A stretch of DNA of 64,000 nucleotides, from positions 407,175 through 471,174 of the forward strand of contig CP129478.1 in the NCBI GenBank assembly GCA_030583845.1. Reading direction: 5' to 3'. This DNA is from Candidatus Dojkabacteria bacterium. GTDB lineage: Bacteria; Patescibacteriota; Dojkabacteria; SC72; JAHDCA01. The notes below the pieces were generated by a model that saw nothing but the letters and a program-made list of their open reading frames with translations, was not told the DNA's origin and searched no databases. Shown here one piece after another: positions 59,464 to 64,000 of the stretch. Both the position numbers and the translations under genes were made by a program. Numbering within the stretch: the first letter of the stretch is position 1; the number at the start of each line of letters is the position of its first letter.

Positions 59464-60905
59464 GATTTCCTACTTATAGTTAGGTAAACAAGCGAAAGAT
59501 TCATGAAAAGAAATATTGTTATGCCCTGAGGTAGGGTTAAAAGATAATGATCTAGAAGACCGATTATTAATATTGATGAAATAATCGATACTGTGTAGTA
59601 GAAGTCTTTACTCCTCAACAGACTGTACCCCCAAAAGGCGATCATGAAAAGGATCGTAGCGACCCCGGCGAACAATCCATTCTCTAAGATCAAGAGCAAG
59701 AAGATGTTGTGAACAGGTTGGTTTAATGTAAATCCACCAGTCGTTTGAAGCTTAATCTTCTCGTAAATTTCAACCGATCTTCCAATTCCTGTGCCTACAA
59801 GCCAATTCTCTTTAATGCCCGAAATTGCTGCTTGAGAAAGCTTCAACCGATCTTCAAAGCTCTCGTCTTGTATATTCGATGGCGAGAGTCGTTGCATAAA
59901 CACAGGAATTCCTATTACAGCAAGGTTAACTTTCTTTTCATTAACTTTCTCTAATGTAAATTTCATTAACATTAGAAATGCAAAAACGGCAAATGCTAAA
60001 GCTGCTGAACGTGATAATGTGATAGCTATTCCGAGTGCGATTATAGAGTAAACAGCCACATTAAATATTAATGAAATATCAGCACGTTTAAACGGCCTAA
60101 AACTGCTCTGCCCAAACAGATAGGCTGCAAGCAGTAAATAACCAGCAAAAATATTAGGATGAGGGAAAGTGCCATAAGCTCTAAGAAAATCTTGCCCGCT
60201 ATAGCTCCAGAAGCTCACACCCATTATTCCAGTCATTAAATTTGATTCTCCAAGAAAGCTTAATCCCATATCTGCCCCTCTATTTATCTGTGCCAGCCCA
60301 AGTCCAACCTCGAACAGCAAAATCAGAAGTCCAAGCCAAACGAACAGATATTTAATGAAATATTCATTAACTTTTTTAAACTTCATGAATATTTCATCTT
60401 TATCAAACAGAGCAAGTCCGATAAGATTGACAGCCACTAAATAGCGTACTCCAGAAATAAAGGTTATCCATTCTGGGTGTAGAAGGTAGTGCACCAGTAG
60501 GTATCCAAGCGATATAACCACTAAAAAAACACTCCAACGGGATAAACTGCGTCCAAAATCCACGAGAACACCTATAAGTGCAAGCAAAAGAAAAATATCT
60601 AGAATTGATAAAGTCGGAATAAGGTAGTTACTAATTATTAAATTTGCATATGGGTCGTATTCGAAAATCCCTTGAGGTAGCTGATAGGTGATATTGAAGG
60701 GTAGAGCCAAGAATAGAGTTATCAGGCCAGCAAAAGCATAGCTTTTTCCCTTCCATACAATATATGCCCATCCTATAAGTGAAAATGCGACAATGGCTGC
60801 TCGCTCATAACTCTCCTTCATTAAAAAGATACAAAGCGTGAGACCAAGAGCTAAAACGACCCATACAAGATATCTATGAATTAATGAAATAGTTTTCATG
60901 AGCAC
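59460..60905 (-). CDS. O-antigen ligase / polymerase family membrane protein (Wzy_C-like)
   Basis: 481 aa, about 10-12 TM. GTFPHPNIFAGYLLLAAYLF and SRSAALAFAVFAFLML resemble the Wzy_C/WaaL periplasmic loop motifs. Confidence 0.55.
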   Translation of the reverse strand: MLMKTISLIHRYLVWVVLALGLTLCIFLMKESYERAAIVAFSLIGWAYIVWKGKSYAFAGLITLFLALPFNITYQLPQGIFEYDPYANLIISNYLIPTLSILDIFLLLALIGVLVDFGRSLSRWSVFLVVISLGYLLVHYLLHPEWITFISGVRYLVAVNLIGLALFDKDEIFMKFKKVNEYFIKYLFVWLGLLILLFEVGLGLAQINRGADMGLSFLGESNLMTGIMGVSFWSYSGQDFLRAYGTFPHPNIFAGYLLLAAYLFGQSSFRPFKRADISLIFNVAVYSIIALGIAITLSRSAALAFAVFAFLMLMKFTLEKVNEKKVNLAVIGIPVFMQRLSPSNIQDESFEDRLKLSQAAISGIKENWLVGTGIGRSVEIYEKIKLQTTGGFTLNQPVHNIFLLLILENGLFAGVATILFMIAFWGYSLLRSKDFYYTVSIISSILIIGLLDHYLLTLPQGITIFLFMNLSLVYLTISRKS

Positions 60906-60975
60906 TATTGTAGCGCATCCGCAACTTCATGGCGCGATTAAATCGGCTGAGTCCAAGAAATAGCAGTCTAATAAG

Positions 60976-61548
60976 CTATTCTAATGCTTCGTCATTCAGC
61001 ACATCGTCCGCTTCAGACTCACTGTTTGCGTCATCTGCATTTGATTCCTCACTAGCGCCCTCGATAACTGGGATGATTCGCACAAATCGATCTGGGGCTT
61101 CTCCCTGGCTCTCAGTTCGGATATCAGGGAACTGTGACAAAATCATATGAACCACCCTTCGCTCTGCTGGTGGAAGAGGCTCCATATCAACATAATCGCC
61201 AAGGATTCTTGCATCTTCAGCTTTCTGAAGAGCAATTCTCTCGATCTTGTCGAAGCGCGACCTTCTATACCCACCTACATCGACGTTTACATACACCGTA
61301 CTATCTCCACCGTCCGCAAGCTCTCGATTTATCAAGAGGCTGACAATATACTGCAAGGCCTTTAGATGCCTACCGTGCTGGCCAATCATATAGCCCAAAT
61401 CATCGCCTTCAAACTCAACCTTGATGACTTTGGCGTCACCGTCGTCTGAAGCCTCAATAGCATAGGTAATCTTTGCATCAATGTTCATCATTGACGAAAG
61501 ATCTCCTACAATCTGCTGAGCCTTATTTAACAATTCTTGCTCATTCAT
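60976..61548 (-). CDS. jag: Jag/KhpB-like RNA-binding protein (KH plus R3H domains)
   Basis: 190 aa. The R3H region ...YRRSRFDKIERIALQKAEDARILGDYVDMEPLPPAERRVVHMIL. Conserved position after yidC. Confidence 0.75.
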   Translation of the reverse strand: MNEQELLNKAQQIVGDLSSMMNIDAKITYAIEASDDGDAKVIKVEFEGDDLGYMIGQHGRHLKALQYIVSLLINRELADGGDSTVYVNVDVGGYRRSRFDKIERIALQKAEDARILGDYVDMEPLPPAERRVVHMILSQFPDIRTESQGEAPDRFVRIIPVIEGASEESNADDANSESEADDVLNDEALE

Positions 61549-61589
61549 AATTATTTTAATGAATATTAAATTAAAAATTTTTCATCTCT

Positions 61590-61656
61590 CAGGTACCTGT
61601 ATAAATTCTCTTTAAGTGACCTAAGGTCAATTCTCGATAATTTATACAAGTACCTG
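61590..61656. promoter_or_regulatory. 18-bp inverted repeat (CAGGTACCTGTATAAATT ... AATTTATACAAGTACCTG, 1 mismatch) with a 31-nt spacer in the yidC-jag intergenic region
   Basis: Read directly. Located between the yidC stop (61693) and the jag start (61548). Confidence 0.5.
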
Positions 61657-61692
61657 ATATGATTTCTAGGGCAGAAGGCACAACATCCAACT

Positions 61693-62625
61693 TTACTCTT
61701 TACTACTTGCTTTCTTGGCGGGACGAACTCTGCTCACAATCTTTTTCATAACTTCAATGCTCTTATCTTTATCCACCACTATATACTGCACAAACATCAT
61801 TAATGATTGTACCAACCAGTATAATCCAAGCACCGCTGGTGCACTTAATGAAATCCACACAGTAAGAAGTGGGAATATCAGATTCATTGACTTCATCATC
61901 TGAGCCTGCATCTCTTGTGGATCCATAGGCTCATTCTTGTTACCCTTTTTCTCCGCTACGGCAGGCTTTTTAGCATTCTGGATCGACGACATAAATTTGG
62001 TGCTAAACCACTGAGCAATACCAACTGCTACACCTAGCAACAGGTATGGAATCGATTGAAGTGAGAAATACCCAACCTCTTTAGCCAAGGTTGTGTACTG
62101 AGTCGAAAGGTCAAGGAAAAGGAATTGTGTATTAATCTTTATATCACCACTGCCAAATACAAAATTCTCTACCCAAGGGTAAATTCCATCAGTATTACCA
62201 TCTGTCACAGCTCGAATCACTCCAATCATCGCTGCCAGAACTACAAATTGTGGAAGCATCGAGCCAAGACAACCAACAGGATTGTAACCAACCTCGCGAT
62301 AAAGCTTCATCTGCTCCTGACTTAGCTTCTGCTGATTATGCTTATACTGCTCCTGAAGCTTTTTCAGGCGTGGCTGCATCTCGGACATCTTGCTGGTCAT
62401 CTCCATCTGTTTCTTCGTTGACGGGATAAGGGCCACCCTTACAATTACAGCAACAGCAATAACAGCCAACCCGAGGTTATCACCCAAAACAGCGTAAAAC
62501 AGGAGCATTACGTTCAGGAACGGGCCGATTATTAATGTATGCCAAGCCGTGCTTAAAAACTCTATCATTAAAATTTCATTAATCGTTAAATATCCGACTA
62601 TGATACGCGCACCCGATATTCTCAA
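61693..62625 (-). CDS. yidC: membrane protein insertase YidC
   Basis: 310 aa. PFLNVMLLFYAV...AVIAVAVIVRVALIPSTKKQMEMTSKMSEMQPRLKKLQEQYK is the YidC core. Confidence 0.9.
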   Translation of the reverse strand: MRISGARIIVGYLTINEILMIEFLSTAWHTLIIGPFLNVMLLFYAVLGDNLGLAVIAVAVIVRVALIPSTKKQMEMTSKMSEMQPRLKKLQEQYKHNQQKLSQEQMKLYREVGYNPVGCLGSMLPQFVVLAAMIGVIRAVTDGNTDGIYPWVENFVFGSGDIKINTQFLFLDLSTQYTTLAKEVGYFSLQSIPYLLLGVAVGIAQWFSTKFMSSIQNAKKPAVAEKKGNKNEPMDPQEMQAQMMKSMNLIFPLLTVWISLSAPAVLGLYWLVQSLMMFVQYIVVDKDKSIEVMKKIVSRVRPAKKASSKE

Positions 62626-62799
62626 GTGGGTAGGATGATCTCAGAACTCGGTATAAGATGTCTGAACAGTTCAGAAGCGTTCTTACAAGCTCTGAGCTAA
62701 TGTCTCGCTGCTATCAATATCTGCATGGATTATACATCGGGAGTGCTCTCTCATCAAGGCAGCCTTCAACCACACAAACAGGCAATATTAATGAACAAC

Positions 62800-63048
62800 T
62801 TACAGTTTCTCCGGCACAGGATCGTAGTGAGGCCTAGTACTCCACTCATGACAACTACCAACCCTTTTTATTGCCAACCAACCACCTCGCACAGCCCCAA
62901 AACGCTCAATAGCCTCATAGCCGTATTGTGAACAGCTTGGGGTATATCGACAATAACGAGTGTTAGGAAACAGCTTACCCGTGAAACCATGATCGAACGA
63001 CAGTGTAGCTTGGTACAGTTTTATCAGTCCCATAAGGAGGTATTTCAT
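62800..63048 (-). CDS. yidD: membrane protein insertion efficiency factor YidD
   Basis: 82 aa. [11 protein letters not shown]...[35 protein letters not shown]. Confidence 0.8.
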   Translation of the reverse strand: MKYLLMGLIKLYQATLSFDHGFTGKLFPNTRYCRYTPSCSQYGYEAIERFGAVRGGWLAIKRVGSCHEWSTRPHYDPVPEKL

Positions 63049-63147
63049 ATCTAATTATACCAGTTCGTATCTATTTTAAATTACTACGCCATTCCACGTG
63101 TAACGAAGTGGAGTTTTAACCACAGCAAAAACGCAAAGGAAACCTCG

Positions 63148-63501
63148 CTACGAAGCCAATTTTAAAGACTCAATCAGTTCTTTTTTAAGACTTGCAATTT
63201 CTTGTGGCATTTCGTATGCAACATATGAGTACTTACAATTTGCTCCATATTCAGGATTTTCTGCCATAAATTCGGTGATAATGCTTCTCAGCCAGCGGGT
63301 CATCTTATGCCGCGTCACAGCATTTCCAATTTTCTTACTTACAACAAAGCCAAATTGAGGCGGTACGTCGGTCGAAGACTCATTATGCGGAGCGGGGGAC
63401 AGGGCAATCAGCATGCCATATTTGCCACGGTATTTCATTCCGTTTCTGTAAATTTTCTGAAAATCAGCTGTAGACTTGAGACGGTACTGCTTTGGAAGCA
63501 T
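63148..63501 (-). CDS. rnpA: ribonuclease P protein component RnpA
   Basis: 117 aa. MLPKQYRLKSTADFQKIYRNG...FGFVVSKKIGNAVTRHKMTRWLR. Conserved rpmH-rnpA order. Confidence 0.75.
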   Translation of the reverse strand: MLPKQYRLKSTADFQKIYRNGMKYRGKYGMLIALSPAPHNESSTDVPPQFGFVVSKKIGNAVTRHKMTRWLRSIITEFMAENPEYGANCKYSYVAYEMPQEIASLKKELIESLKLAS

Positions 63502-63607
63502 AGTCAGAGATAGTTACCTAAATATACCCAATTAAACACGCTACTATTGTGATGGTCAACAAAACCGCCACAAAGGAGAGCAATCAAAGTGAAGTAATAT
63601 GAATAAA

Positions 63608-63790
63608 CTAGCGGGCTTTTGACTTTGGCTTCTTACGGAGAAGCTTGAATTCGCTACTTACTGTGAGCTTCTTGCGACCCTTGGCCCTTCTTCGGCTAAG
63701 AACTCTTCGACCACCTTTGGTGGACATCCTAGCTCTGAAGCCAAGCTTCTTGATTCGCTTCATCTTTTTTGGTTGGTATGTTCTCTTCAT
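63608..63790 (-). CDS. rpmH: 50S ribosomal protein L34 (with short Lys-rich C-terminal extension)
   Basis: [44 protein letters not shown] is the L34 signature. Confidence 0.8.
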   Translation of the reverse strand: MKRTYQPKKMKRIKKLGFRARMSTKGGRRVLSRRRAKGRKKLTVSSEFKLLRKKPKSKAR

Positions 63791-63857
63791 TTCGCCTAAA
63801 TTTGTACGTCAAAGTCTTTAGATGTGCAACTCGCTACCGACATGGCATGCAAAGTTG

Positions 63858-63876
63858 AAATCCTTCGGATTATATA
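63858..63876 (-). promoter_or_regulatory. second copy of the TATA(T)AATCCGAAGGATTT promoter/leader motif, upstream of rpmH
   Basis: AAATCCTTCGGATTATATA on plus. Identical 17-mer to 12826-12842 (rpsL upstream). On the minus strand it reads as a TATATAAT -10-like box plus an AATCC-GAAG-GATT hairpin. Confidence 0.35.
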
Positions 63877-64000
63877 CTAACTCTCCTTATCTAGCAACGA
63901 TTCGTCGGCCGCAGGCTCTTCTTCAACCTCTGCTGTCTCTTGACCGACAGCCTGCTGATTTGCAGCCGCAGCCTGAGCTATGGCATCAGCGATAGGTGGT
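63867..64000 (-). CDS. 3' end of an unidentified minus-strand gene running off the window (Ala/Glu-rich C-terminus)
   Basis: Open frame from the window edge to the TAG at 63867-63869. ...AAANQQAVGQETAEVEEEPAADESLLDKES*. Confidence 0.3.

Overview
This 64 kb window is bacterial housekeeping DNA with small accessory islets. The compact layout, heavy gene overlap and high share of hypothetical genes are consistent with a reduced genome, possibly an uncultivated Patescibacteria/CPR-like lineage; that is an inference. Clearly recognisable core genes are groES-groEL and hrcA-grpE-dnaK (each preceded by a sigma70-like promoter followed directly by a CIRCE-like inverted repeat), rplY, rpsL-rpsG, rpoB-rpoC, ftsK, dnaG, rsmA/ksgA, rpoD, metG, valS, RNase J, and the rpmH-rnpA-yidD-yidC-jag cluster. 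Cell-envelope genes are murJ, a GT4 MraY/WecA-like transferase, PEGA and epimerase/DUF4012-like proteins, a GT2 synthase and an O-antigen-ligase-like protein. Competence and pilus-type genes are comFC and a pilN/pilO-like pair. Observations worth a second look: (1) a tRNA-Ser(GGA)-anchored array of 14-nt copies of the tRNA 3' end that delimit small cassettes (a SUKH/SMI1 immunity gene, a SHOCT protein), plus a duplicated second tRNA-Ser copy carrying a 75-nt insertion in its T-loop. (2) Apparent +1 frameshifts that split two essential genes, rpoB and ftsK, both at a CTT codon, and metG lacks any canonical start codon upstream of its conserved N-terminus. (3) A 10-mer, TTAATGAAAT, present at least 16 times (expected fewer than 1), sometimes as inverted pairs and both inside and outside genes; I read it as a candidate DNA-uptake-signal-like repeat given comFC and the pilus genes. 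(4) A family of compound hairpins with a shared 35-nt inner palindrome placed exactly at stop codons. (5) A 165-bp-period tandem duplication plus a 17-bp perfect inverted repeat in front of an envelope operon. (6) A minus-strand candidate ncRNA of about 260 nt with its own promoter and terminator, containing the SRP-RNA helix-8 signature AGGUCCGGAAGGAA. (7) A stand-alone caspase-like His/Cys protein, an RNase J with a 150-aa Arg/Ser-rich N-terminal tail, and a tandem pair of paralogous single-pass membrane proteins with divergent C-termini. All functional calls are from recalled motifs read off the translations; no searches were run.
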